A stretch of 64,000 bases of DNA, taken from NCBI RefSeq assembly GCF_006345805.1, contig NC_043005.1, forward strand, positions 20,460,001-20,524,000. Direction: 5' to 3'. Under the pieces are notes generated by a model. It did not search any database, was not told the DNA's origin, and saw only the letters and a program-made list of their open reading frames with translations. This document shows positions 1 to 13,378 of this stretch, in pieces (position 1 is the stretch's first letter; each line of letters opens with the position of its first letter). A program made the translations under genes and the position numbers. Source of the DNA: Octopus sinensis (taxonomy: Eukaryota).

Positions 1-1309
1 TATGTGTGTGTGTGTGCTTCTCCCCACCACTATTTGACAACCAGTTTTGGTTCGTTTACATCCCTGTAACTTATTGGTTCAGCAAACAGAAACTGATAGA
101 ATAAGGTTTAAAAGATAAGTACTGTGTTGATTCATTCGACTAAACCCTTCCAGCTGGTGCTCCAGCATGGATGCAGTCTATGATTGAAACAAATAAATAA
201 ATGATATAAATGTATTAATAGGAAAAGTAGAAGAGTTAAAAACCTGACATAAGCACAAACAGAAATATTTTGAAGAATGTGTAGGAATCAGTATGGTATG
301 TAAGAAGAGGAAGATGCTATGAAAAGGTAGAAGTAATCTGCTTTAATGAAGACAAGGTTATAAAAATGTCTAGAAGACAGGAGGCCAGGTGTTACTCTTA
401 TCAGAGCACAGAACGCTAGAAAGCGTTCTATCCTTTTGTAAAATGAATTAAAACCCCTCTGCTGAATACATCACAAACACAACATCAAAATCTCAAACAC
501 CAAAACAATAGTGTACAAGTGTGTATCACTGAGAAACTTACATGTGTGGAAATGGCCACACATATCCAAGTGAAGAAGTGTTTGTGTGAAATATAGGTAG
601 ATACAGACTTCATTACTATAGGCCATCGATTCAAACACTTGAGAACCTTCTACTCACAACAGAAAGTGAAAGTAGGGACACCCTCACCTAAATTCTTCTG
701 ACTCCACAAATCCAATAGCAATGGCAACAAAAGCAACAAAGTCCCTCAATCTCAACGCATCACCATATGACATACCTCTCACTACTCAGATCATTCAGAC
801 ATGTTTTGTAATGAGAGCAAGTAGTGCAAAAAACTGTTCCAATAAGAGAACAGAGTAAAAGGAAATGGCACAAAACAAATCTAACATCACAAAAAAAAAA
901 AGAGACTTAAAAGTGCAACACCAGTGCCATATTCTCCTCCATTACTACCATCAGAACTGATAGAGACAAAATTTACAATCCAACAACCACACAAAAAAAA
1001 AAACAAACTAAATCTACACACAAACCAACATCATGTGTTCACAAACAGATAAAAACAAAAAGAATTGATGAAAGGCTTACATCAACACCCAAACATTACA
1101 CAAAACTTACCCACAATAATGAATAGCATGCCAACATATATGAAAAACATTAAAACAACACAAAACATATGTAACCTGTTAAAAAGTAAATACCATAATG
1201 GAGTAGAAGACTTTGCAGGGAATATTAACAAAAGACTATTCAAAAAACTACCCATGGAAACAACACATCAAAGTAGAGAGACAGAACACCTATTGCCTCT
1301 ACAGAAATA

Positions 1310-1430
1310 AGGTTAAGTAGGTATTTCATCCCTTTGGGGTCGATAAATTAAGTACCTGTTGAGTACTGGGGTCAATGTAATTGACTAGTCCTCTCCCTCC
1401 AAATTTCAGGCCTTGTGCCTTCAGTAGAAA
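1310..1430 (+). mobile_element. SINE family ending ...tttcaggccttgtgcctt.agtagaaa(ATT)n
   Basis: Core ggggtcgataaattaagtacc...ggggtcaatgtaattgactagtc; further copies at about 2190-2290, 11640-11830, 33270-33500 (-), 43200-43260, 48870-49060 (-), 60280-60490, 63080-63330, 63335-63550. Confidence 0.7.
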
Positions 1431-1453
1431 TTATTATTATCATTATTATTATA

Positions 1454-1531
<78 letters not shown>

Positions 1532-1546
1532 TTTAACATTATTATT

Positions 1547-2102
1547 GAGTGAGAGAGTAGTGCATGCCATCAAAGTGACACTGGAGTAAAATATACAAAG
1601 CCCAGTATACCCATCATGACTACCCATCTGATGAGGGTACACTAGGCACATGCATCACAACCATTTGTGTATGACATGGTGATCTCATATCAAGATAAAC
1701 AGCACATGACCTTGCAGGTGGGGCCCAGTTAGAATTTTCTTCTGGTCGAGTAAACCATCCCACTCAAAAGGTCCCTGAATAAAGGTTGTTTAACGATGTT
1801 GAATGAAACACCCATGTTTTCAGAGGTGAATTATTCAAACCCCAAAGAACCCCTCTCAACACATGGCTATGATGCTCCCCCACTACTTCTGCTCATGATC
1901 AGAGATGCACATATCGTCAGCCACAAAGGGACATGCTCAACTGGTTAATGGTCAAACAACTGACAAGCAAGTCTGGGGTATTGAGCAGAATATTTGCTGT
2001 AGCCCATCTTTTATACCAAGGCAAAACAATGTACATGATAACACTTCCAATCAGTTAAGATCAGAAGCCATGTGAGCCACTGCCTGGTATTGCATCAGGG
2101 CA
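1547..2102 (-). mobile_element. ~560-bp interspersed repeat flanked by (ATT)n on both sides; SINE-like or LINE 3' UTR
   Basis: Begins gagtgagagagtagtgcatgccatcaaagtgacac, ends catcagggcatt. Near-identical full or partial copies at 5428-5523, 52300-52750, 52837-53218, 54782-55307 and 63776-64000, all in the same orientation and next to ATT arrays. Strand inferred from the (AAT)n tail. Confidence 0.75.
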
Positions 2103-2897
2103 TTATTATTATTATTATTATTAGAAAGCAGCGCATGCCATCAAAGTGACACTAGGGTACAAATATACAAATCCCAGTATACCCATCATGACTAGTTGAG
2201 CACTGGGGTCAATGTAATTGACTAGTCCTCTCCCTCCAAATTTCAGGCCTTGTGCCTTTAGTAGAAATTATTATTATTATTATTATTATTTTTGTATTGT
2301 TTTTTAAAGATATTTTCAAAATAGTAGATAACTGATATTTTAAATTAAACACCAGTTATCCATCTGGTACATGATTTTATAAATATATTATAAAAACACA
2401 GTCCCTCTACAAAATTATATTTCATCAGACACACTTCATAGAATTCAAGTGAATTCCAGAACATCATAAAGATGTACTCGAAGCCTTGCCTAATAGTTAT
2501 GATGTAGATAATCCATTTGTACATCTCTCTCCTCATACTTTGCTTTTGTTTAACATTGAATAGCTGTAACAATACTTGACATGTTGATTGGTTGGCTGAT
2601 ATCCATTTAAGTGAGTTTTGACCCTACAAAGGGACACCATCGGAGGAAAGTTGATCTAATGGAATATCTGTAATTTAAATATTGAAACAATGTTTCAATT
2701 TCCAATATGTTCTACAACTCACAGGAATGCCAACTAGATTTTCATGTTGTGGATCAAATATTTGTTAATGATAAATATCCTATTAAAAAAATTATGTGCT
2801 ACATGCTTTATGATATTTAATCTATTGTTTTGTGTGTGTCTGTCTGTTTGTGTGTGTTTGAGTATACAATTTATTTCCTGTTTTCTTTTTTTTCCAG

Positions 2898-3131
2898 CCA
2901 CTGATCATGTTTTTCAATTAAAAAAAGTTACCATAAGGGGGTATGATAATATTGGACGGCTTAAAAACATAGACCCAATGCAGTGTCATCAAGCATGTCA
3001 TGCATACTCAGGATGTTCATCTTATGAGTACAGTGAGACAACTAAGCAATGTGATCTGAGTAATGTGACTCACCTGACTCAAAAACTTGAACCCAGCAGT
3101 AAAGGTTGGGATATTTACATATTTAATCCAG
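2898..3131 (+). CDS. Exon PANa1: PAN/apple domain
   Basis: ttttttttccag|CC...AATCCAG|gtcagt; 234 nt; [77 protein letters not shown]; C-x3-C-x5-C-x11-C PAN core. Confidence 0.9.
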
Positions 3132-5522
3132 GTCAGTAGGTTTCATTTTACTAATTTTGTGTGTATCAGTGCATTTACGTGTGTGTGTGTTTGTGTGTGT
3201 ATTTCATCATCATCATCATCATCTTTTAACGTCCGTTTTCTATGCTAGCATGGGTTGGATGGTTTGACCAGGATCTGGGAAGCCAGAAGGCTGCTCCAGT
3301 CTCCAGTCTGATCTGGAAAGTTTCTACAGCTGGATGCTCTTCCTAACGCGAACTACTTTTTACTCTCACGGAGTGGTTGGCATTAGGAAGGGCATCCAGC
3401 TGTAGAAACACTGTCAGATCAGACTAGCATGGAAAATGGATGTTAAACAATGATGATGATGATGAAATACACACACACACACACACTCACACACACATAT
3501 ATATTAATATATTGGGTCATCCCATAAATAATGTGGTTTTTTATATACTTCTTTCATTTTTCAAAATTAAAATAAACAAAGATATTTTAAATCTAAAATA
3601 TACTCTCCTTCATTTTCTACAATGCTCTTCCATCTATCTGGCTGCAAGGCCTCTCTTCCAAAATTCACTTGTCTGTTCTGACCTCATCTACAGAATTCAT
3701 ATTTTTTCCATCCAAATGATTGTGAAGACTGTGGGATAAATGATAATTAGATGGGGCAATATCCAGCAAATATGGTGAGTAGGGCATCGTTTCCAATTCA
3801 AACTGTTCCAGCCTTTGGAGAGTCATCCTCACTGTATGTGGCTGAGTATTATCGTGATGGAAGAACACCTTTTGTCTTGAAGCCAAAGATGGTTGTTTTT
3901 CTTCTGGTGCTGACTTGAACGACTGGTTGAATGACCAAATCCAAGCTTCTCTGCTAGTTCCTCAACAGTTACGATGGGATTTTTTTCCACGAGGATTTAT
4001 AGGACATCCTTGTTGAGCTCTGCAGATCTTCCAGGATGAGGCACATCTTGTAGGCTGTAGTTTCTGGCTCAGAATTTCTAGAACCACCACTGACACTGGC
4101 TTACACTTATTGTCCAATCTCCATATACTGTATTAATATTCCTTGTACCTTCCATTGTGCTGTTGCCTTTATTGAATTCATAAAGTAAAATATGCCAAAT
4201 ATGCTTGTTTGTCACTTCCATTATAGCTTCTACAACTTTTTTGTTCCATCAGTAAAATGTCATTATTATCAAGAAATTTGTACATCTTTTCTACAATTCC
4301 TTCTGACAGTAACTTCCATATTGATGGAAGGCAAGAGATTGGCCTGTAATTTTTGGCAGCATTTCCTTTTGATACATCCTTCAAGTACAACACTGTTCAT
4401 CCTTTGGTCAACTACCCTGGGGTTTCTTTTTCTCCATCAATCAATGTATTAATTGCTCTGCAATCAATTTATCAAAACTACTGAACTTTTTTTTTATCTA
4501 AAATCCTTGTACACCATCAGGACCTCTTGTTTTCCAGTTGCTTATCTTTTTGCTCATACTGTTTTTTGTAAAGAGGAAAGCTTCTTGCTGAGGATAAGAA
4601 GCTGTTTGCTCCAGGCAATTGTGGGCAATTGTCCATTTCTTCCATTACACCACTTTCATTTCTTGTATACCCAGCATTACATGATAACCTTCTTTTGATA
4701 GTTTCTAACTCCAATTCTGATAACCATTCATTCTTTCACATTGTTCTTGCTTGATCACATAATCTCTGTTCAGTAATTTCAAACAGGTCCATTGCCCTCC
4801 ATTCTTTGTGCATTTGTTGTATGTATCCTCTGGCTGGCACACCAATTGCATCTACTAGACTGCTGCAATAGTAACACTCCATAACCATCATGTTTACCTG
4901 TTTACTCTACTTTTGATGCACAGCATGGCAAGCAGTGGCTGGATTATAACTAGGCCCACCCTGCTGCACAATGAGACACCTGCTTGGTGTAGCACCTTCA
5001 CCATTGGTTCCAGTCCCATTCATACCATTATTGTTAGCTATTTTGCTTGACATTTTCACTCATAAAAGAGGTGCACTTTTAGGCTACCACCAACCAGTAT
5101 TTTTATTGAGACTATCTCTAGCAAGGTTGTCTGCCAAAGTGGAAGAGGCTGTGTTCCCCTCATTTTGAAACCAGAGTGGTCCTTCTCCTAAGCTGATTGC
5201 CATTCAAGGCTGATGAGCTCAGCCGGGGCAGTGGTTATTTGAAGGCACCAGACACTCACCTTTTTACTCCCTTCTGCTAGTTTGGCAAAAGCCTTGATTT
5301 GGGCTTTGACAGTCAGAGGCTATGTTTTGTACAGGCCGTTGGGGCATTTTATTAGTGAAGGGTGCCCAAATCTCTTCACTACACCCCAGCATTAAAGTTT
5401 TATTTTATTATTATTATTATTATTACTGAGTGAGAGAGCAGTTCATGCCATCAAAGTGACACTGGGGTAAAATATACGAAGCCCAATATACCCATCATGA
5501 CTACCCGTCTGATAAAGGTACA

Positions 5523-5576
<54 letters not shown>

Positions 5577-5612
5577 TACTATTATTATTATTATTACTAT
5601 TATTATCATTAC

Positions 5613-5679
<67 letters not shown>

Positions 5680-5853
5680 TAGTTTTATTTTTATAGCGTG
5701 CTTTCACTTCACTACCGAGCGCAGCTCTGTGTGCCTTGGGTATGTGCTGTGATTTGTTGTGATGCTCTGATGGTTATTGTATGGAAAGTGTTCTGCGTAG
5801 GATGTGTGCAGTGCCTAGTAGTGCAATTTTCTGTATGTTATATGTGTTTGTAA

Positions 5854-5891
<38 letters not shown>

Positions 5892-5912
5892 TATTATTAC
5901 TATTATTATTAC

Positions 5913-5974
<62 letters not shown>

Positions 5975-8900
5975 TATTATTTTGGTTTAGCTCAGGTTTA
6001 GTCTTATTCATGGTGGGATTTATGTGGGTAGCGGGTTACTATCTGTAACCTTCGGTATCCACAAGTTATCAGCAGTCTTTCAAGTGCTTAGAACCCTCCT
6101 GATAATCCTTGTTGTCCCTAAGAGACAAATTTTCTGTAGAAGCTCTACTGGGCATTCTATTTCAATCTCCTTCAGCTATTTATCTATATCTTTGCTTACT
6201 GTTCCCAGTTCACCAATTATAGGTATATATTTACTGTTCTCATCCTCCAAATTCTTCCTATTTCAAATTGTAAGGGACTGTATTTTTCTGTTTTTTGTCC
6301 TCTCGCTTTACAATCATGAAATCAAATGAGCATGATTGGTCGATCAGTAAGCAACTTTGCTTTTCCTTATCTATAATTGTTAGTTTTGGTCTATCATTTT
6401 CTAATTTCTTGTCCATCTGAATAGGAAAGTCCCACAAAATTTTACATTTCTCTAACAGACAAACATGTATGTATGTATGTATGTATGTATGTACGTATGT
6501 ATGTATGTATGTACGTACGTACGTACGGACGGACGGACGGACGGACGGATGGACGGATGGATGGACGGATGGATGGATGGACAGATGGATGGATGGGTGG
6601 ATGGCCGGATCTATGCATGTATGCCTGTATGTATGTATACACATATATCTGTATAAACCATATGTTCATGTAGATATATATTTGTATACTTTCATATGCA
6701 TGAGAGTGAAGCCCTGGTAGAATGATCTAGCAGGAGATAGAGGACATGTCTGCACCAGTGCATGTAATGGATAGCTATGAGGTGGGAAACTGTGGATCAA
6801 TGTGTGTGCACATGCAGTTCTTTGTTGGGAACATGATGTTCTCGATGGTTCTCAGGGCTCTGGTATTGAAGCTGTTGATGCTCTTTGCCAGAGTTTTCAA
6901 GAGGGGCCATGTTTCTGCTTGACAGATGGCGGGATATGACTAAGGAAGATCTTTGGAGGCCTGGAGGATGCAGAGGGGCTGACATGGGACTGCCAACAAT
7001 GGAGAGCACTGGTGGACCTGGTCAGCTCTATGCATGATGATGGCTTTGGGATCACTAACCTGGGATGACTCCAGACCCATCAAACAAGATCATGAAGCAA
7101 GCAAGCGACATATGCACGTATGTATTTGTGTAAATATGTATGTGCAAATTTCTTAAATTTGTTTCATTCAATATCTTTTATTACAAATTGTCATTATCTC
7201 TTCATTTTCATATAAGGCCATTTTTATGAACTTCTATCAATTTCAGCTTATTTACATATTCACTGTGGAAGTCCAAAATATGTTGAAGGTGCATTGAAGT
7301 CCTACACGACCACCAACTACAAATCAGTAGTGGAATATTCTTGCCCAGGGGGTGAAAAATTTAAATCAAGATGTGAACAAGGAGGTAAATGGACTCCAGT
7401 AATAGCTACTTGTAAAGGTAACATAAATCACATCTTTCTTGTTGCTACTGTATTGATAACTTTATTTAATTTTTTAATGAAATATTTTAGTCAGAGAAAA
7501 AATGGCTGACTCCATGGCAATTTCCACAGTATCTGTGGCTGGTCGGAGAGAGAGAGGACATTATCCTCAGACCTAAGACCCCTCCAAATGTTTGGAAATG
7601 TGGAAGCTTGTCTTCTCTGCCATGATTCCAAATAGTTCCAATCTACCAGATTTCAACCTTAGTTGTGAAGCAAATGTTTAATCACATAACCAAGACTCCA
7701 CACAATACCTCATTGTTGTGACATGAACTTATTAATCCCAAGCTATATTTGACCCATTTCTCTTTATTTCTGACTTAAGTTGTCCCACCCATAATTTGTT
7801 TCATCATCCATCTCTCTGTACAATATAATGTACTGAATCCTTCATTACTAGATTTTGGCTATCCTCTGAAACAGCTATTTGATGATCCATTGATCTTTTA
7901 ATCACTGCCCTTAATTAAAATAATACTGCAAATAATTATAATGGTCTCTGATTTTGGCTTATGGCCATCAAATTTTGATGAGAGTGGTTTAGTAATTACC
8001 ATTGACCCCAGTACTTGACTATTACTTCATGTTTTAGACTGCTGCTAGGATGACAGATGGAGTTAACCTTGGTTGAATTTGAACTGAAAATAAAAAGAGC
8101 CTGAATATATAGTGTAAATAATTTCTTTGAAAACATCAATGATTCTTCCACTCAGCCACTTATAATTGTATAATTGATAATAGTAATGATTTTTTTTTAT
8201 TTGTCTCTAGGACATGATATTAGGCAGATGATACAAAGATAAGCATAAAATATAATTGTTTATAGAGAATCAAACAAGTAAAAGAAAAATATTAGTTTAC
8301 ATGTATACGTTTAAAAGAAAGATGAGAATGATGATACAGTCTTCCTAAATATAGAAGGATCTTTATCTAGGGCCAGCTGAAGAACTCCATCATTGAAGAT
8401 CATCCTTAACTCCAAGGACAAATGTCCACCCCAGTTATACAGGCCTGCTACCAAAAAATTGTTTCACATATATTGGGTGAAGCTGTTCAACTTTTACTTG
8501 CTGATTTCGAAAATTACAAAGAAATTATCCTATCATGTACAGTTTCTTCCAAAAATTGATCATTGCATTTACCATTATGCCTGATTTTGACTATTGCCTT
8601 TATCATTACTATTGATTGCTATATTTAAATAGACATTAACAGTATAATAGGTGTAATTTTGTAAAATAAGCATCTAGCAATGTTTAGATTGCTTCAACTA
8701 CACAGAGAGGTACCTGCATCATGGTAGCTTCAGTTGCCTACAAGCAGTGAGGAAAGAAAGACATGCATTACAAGGTCATGTTATTCAAGTATCTTTTTAT
8801 ATTTCAGTTATTTCCTCATGCCTTTTTCAATATACATATGCTATGGTGCATTGTTTTATTATATCATATATTTTAAAGCATCTTTAATGATATTATGTAT

Positions 8901-11900
8901 ATACTTAGATGATAAATCAAATATATAAACTAGAAAAGCACTCAGAGAGTGTAGACCTCTGCCAAGCAGCTCATTTCCACCCATATACACACATGCTAAA
9001 AATCACCCAATTTCCCAAACTAATGCCAGCAAAAACATAACCTCATTGGCAAGGTTTAAAAAAAATAACACAGCCATATGAATTTAAAAAAAACCCTTAA
9101 AAACAGGTATCATCTGAAGCAGTTATAATACATCAATGACAACAGCAAGCTAGTTTCACCATACAACTAAAAAGAAACAACAATTACCTAAAACTTGAGT
9201 GATACACACACAACGCAAGTAAAATTACTAATAGAGAAACGAAAATAAACTTTGGAAACAGCAACGCCACCATAGGTTACGTTGAAACAATGAACGTGTT
9301 TTCAAGGGAGATAATCAAAGAACGTAACAATACTTCATGTAAAGTAAATATAACAAATGAAAAATCTTTCAAGAATCCATACAAATTCCTGGATCACTAC
9401 CAAATTTTCATCATCTGTTCCTTGTGTCATTACCAACTTTTTCTGCAAGTTTCATCAAATATTATTCACAATGTTTTGAGTTATTTTGCACACAGACGGA
9501 AAACCAATACTGATGAAAACATGACCTTCCTTGGTGGAATTAAAAATGTCCCCTTTCCCTTTCCTTACAGACTTCCTCATAATTTGAAGTAAGGATGTGT
9601 TCTTGAAGATGTACAGCAATCTTGGATAATTTTTTATTACATTTGTAATGAGTTTATGACTAAAATACATAAAAAAACATTACAAAATTTGTCAAAAATG
9701 TTACTATGCTTACATTGGTGTGAAATTAGGAGACCAAGATAAGAAGTGGGTTCCTCATAAGGCTTGCTCAATTTGTGTTGAAGAACAAAGAAACAAAGAC
9801 GATGGACAAATATACAGGGAAGTCATTTCCTTTTGGGGTTCTAATGATATGGAAAGAGCCTAAAAATCAGTGAAGAGTGTTACTTTTTGCTCATGTAAGG
9901 TGTAGGAACACAATTTGAAGGGTGAGAAAAACATTGTTTATCCAAATCTTCCATCTGTACTGTGACCTGTTGCTTATTGACCAGATGCTTGAGTCTTATC
10001 ACTACCAGGAAATCTTGAAGACATACGCTTGAGTTATGAGTCAGAAGATAGAAATAGTAATGATGATGAAAGCTTCAATTGCAGTGAAGGTAAAGAGTCT
10101 CAACTATTCAACCAATGTGAGTTAGATAATCTAATCAGGGACTTGGGGCTCACAAGCTTTTAGGTTCCAGACTTAAATCCAAGAATCTTTTAGCTCCTCA
10201 CACATAATTCTATTGGTATTATAATTGCGAAAGGGAATTTGTTCCTTATTTTTCACAAGAAAATGATTTGGTTTATTGTACTGAGCCATCAGGGCTAATA
10301 AGAAAATTTGGGATAAATTACAGTCCTGATGAATGAAGACTCTTTATTGACTTTTCGAAGAGAAGTATTAAAGCTGTTCTACTACATATGCTTTCATACC
10401 TGTTCAACACTCAGTGATCATGAAGGAAGCATATGAAAATTTGGTGTCACTATTACCCAACAATAAATTTAATGATTACAACTGGATAATTTGTGGTAAC
10501 TTGAAAATAATTTGCTTGGACAAAAGTTAGGCTACACAAATCTCCTTTGTTTCTTGTGTAAATTGGACAGTAGAAGTAGGAACCTCCATAAGTCTAAAAA
10601 AGAATGACCAGCTTGTATATGCTTAGACTAGGAACAAAGAATATCTTTTGAGAAAATTTGGCTGACCTGAAAAGGGTTCTTTTACCTCCTCTACATGTAA
10701 AACTTGGCCTCATGATATAATTCATAAAAGATTTGCTACAGGATGGAGAGGGCTTTGGGTAGTTGCATAGCAAATTTCCTGTGTTGTCAGATACCAAAGT
10801 TGAAGAGGGTGTATTTGTAGGACCAGATATAAGGAAACTTGCCAAGGATGAAAATTTTTAAAATTCTCTTAGTGATTCTGAAAAGATGCATGAATTAGTT
10901 TTAAAGATGTGAAGAAGAACTTCTTGCATAATTACAAGGATCAAAACTAAAAAGATACTGTGGGAAGAATGCTGGAAAATTTTTAGGTCTTAGGATGTAA
11001 AAGGAACATCAAAATTCATTTCCTATATGCCCATTTTGGATTTCTTTTGAGAAAATCAGGGGGATCTGAGCAAAGAACAGGGGGAAAAGTTTCATCAAGA
11101 CATAATGGAAATGGATAGAAGATATCAGGGAATATGGAATGTCAATATGATGGCCGACTACTACTGGATGTTGCATTGTGAATGTCTGTCAAATAATCAC
11201 AAGTGAAAGAGTTTCAGACATAGTTTCCGAGTGAAAAAGAAATGAAAAGAAGGAGTTAACCTTCTAAAGATGATGACTTCTTTTTATTGCTCACTAAAAT
11301 TATAATGTTGATGAATAAAATTTCTTAGCTTGTTACATTAAATTGTTGACATCTACTCCAAATTTAAATGAATTCACTAGAAACATTGCAAAATCAGTAA
11401 AGCAATGGGTTATAAGTAAGGCCTTGCCACGACAAAACATATTTAGTTACTTTCTTTTACATTCTGGGTGTGCTTAGCTTTTTATTCTTATGAGGTTGAT
11501 AAACTCTAATCAAGTCTGAGATGGATTTATTCTTTAGTATTCTTACTGCAGAATGTCTGTAGTTGTATTTAAGCTATCAAAAATTATTATTAATTTTGTT
11601 AACGTCAACAGCAATTATCAACTTTGTTAATGGATTGACCATTTGACATTAGACAAAATGTATTGTGGTATTTGTTCTGGCTCTTTACCTTCTGGTTTCA
11701 AATCCTGCTGAGGTTAACTTTGTCTTTCTTTCTTTGGCTGTCAATGTAAATATATCAATCAAGGGTAGAAACCAATTTAATTGACAAACTCCAACTCAAA
11801 GTTTTGGCTTTCCATGTTAGAAATTATTATTGTGGTGGTTATCATTTTTCATTGGCCTAAATTTTACTTTAATCCTAGATATTGACATCTATTTTGTGAA

Positions 11901-13337
11901 GATAAAGCAGGCAATTCTGGATGTATCAGGGAAATCAATGTGGTCTCCTAGAAGGAAAGGAGCAGAAAGCTGTGCAGAAAAATGTTTGAATAATGACGAA
12001 TGTTCATCATTTGAAGACTCAGAGGAGATGGGATATTGTTACCGATCAAAGGAAAGTGCAGCTACCTCCACGAAAATAGTGGAATTTGATGACAGAGATT
12101 ACTATCAAAAAATAGATCGTAATTATTCTTTGTATTTTATTATTAAACTCTTTTTTTTTTCTGAAATTTGTGATTACGTTTGTATTTCATTTTATGTAGA
12201 CCTACACTTCTGTAAAGACATTGTTAAATTTACCTATAAGGACAGACATAGTTACTGGAATATGACATGGTCCTTGGACCCTATAAGATCCTATCAAATT
12301 GTCCAAGCCATGTAAGCTTGAAACATAGACATTCAAAAATGATGATGGTGATGATGATATCAGGGCAATCTTATACAGCATTTGTTCACCCTAAATACTT
12401 TTTTTGCATCTTTTCAAATGTTTTTTGATGTAAGAAAGGCAAGTTTTGTTGTCTTTGTTAAACCTGAATAGTAGCAATAATAGAAGAAACAATAACTTTA
12501 TGTTCATTTTCCCATGTTGGCATTGTTTAAACTGTACTGTTACAAAACTGTCTCAAACCTAGTTGCTAGCCTTCAAAATCTAATATATATTATACATACA
12601 TACATACATACATACATACATACATACATACATACATACATACATGTATCCAATAAATCTAATTGGTGATGATTATTTGTATAAAACATAAGGAGAAGAG
12701 GTAAAAAATGGAAAAAAATTATCTTATACCACCTCTCTTTCTTTATATTTTATACACTCCTAATGAAATAATGTCTAACAAGTGGATTTATTGGATGGAT
12801 ACATACATACATACATACATACAAAACAAACAAACAAAATATAAAGAAAGAAAGGAGATATAAGATGAAAATAATTATTTCACCAATTGACATCCATACA
12901 ACTACGATCATTAAAAAAAAAAAGTGAAATGATCGTAGTTGTCAATTGTCAATTGGTGATATAATTTTTTTTAATCTTATACACTCCCAATGAAATAATC
13001 ATTACGAATAGGATTTATTGGATTTCAACTGCATTGGACTACAGATTACATCCCTTTATTTTGTTTTGGTTTACTATGTGGTTTGTAGCCTGATCCATTA
13101 AGAAGTTTTTTTTATGAGTATCACTAGATTAGTTAAATCCATATATTTTATAGTTTAAAAGTTTAATTTCTCTATCCTTAGAAAAAAAATTGTCTAACCT
13201 TACAAAAAATTTTTTAATGATCATAATAATCAAATAGTATTATCTGATACGACCCTCCCATTTATCACTGTATCCAAGATGTAGGAGGGAGCAAAGGAGA
13301 CACAGACTGTGACATCCCATATATTGTCCATTAAATT

Positions 13338-13378
<41 letters not shown>

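Noticed and set aside
200-1300. A-rich coding-like region including ORF 1065-1310
   Set aside because: No recognisable motif or splice context; probably a decayed retroelement that I cannot classify.
2744-2897. Hydrophobic leaders of ORFs 2744-3139, 11830-12315, 39707-40108, 44742-45146 and 61358-61699 resembling signal peptides
   Set aside because: They lie upstream of clear AG acceptors and are polypyrimidine or microsatellite intron sequence; they are not conserved between paralogues.
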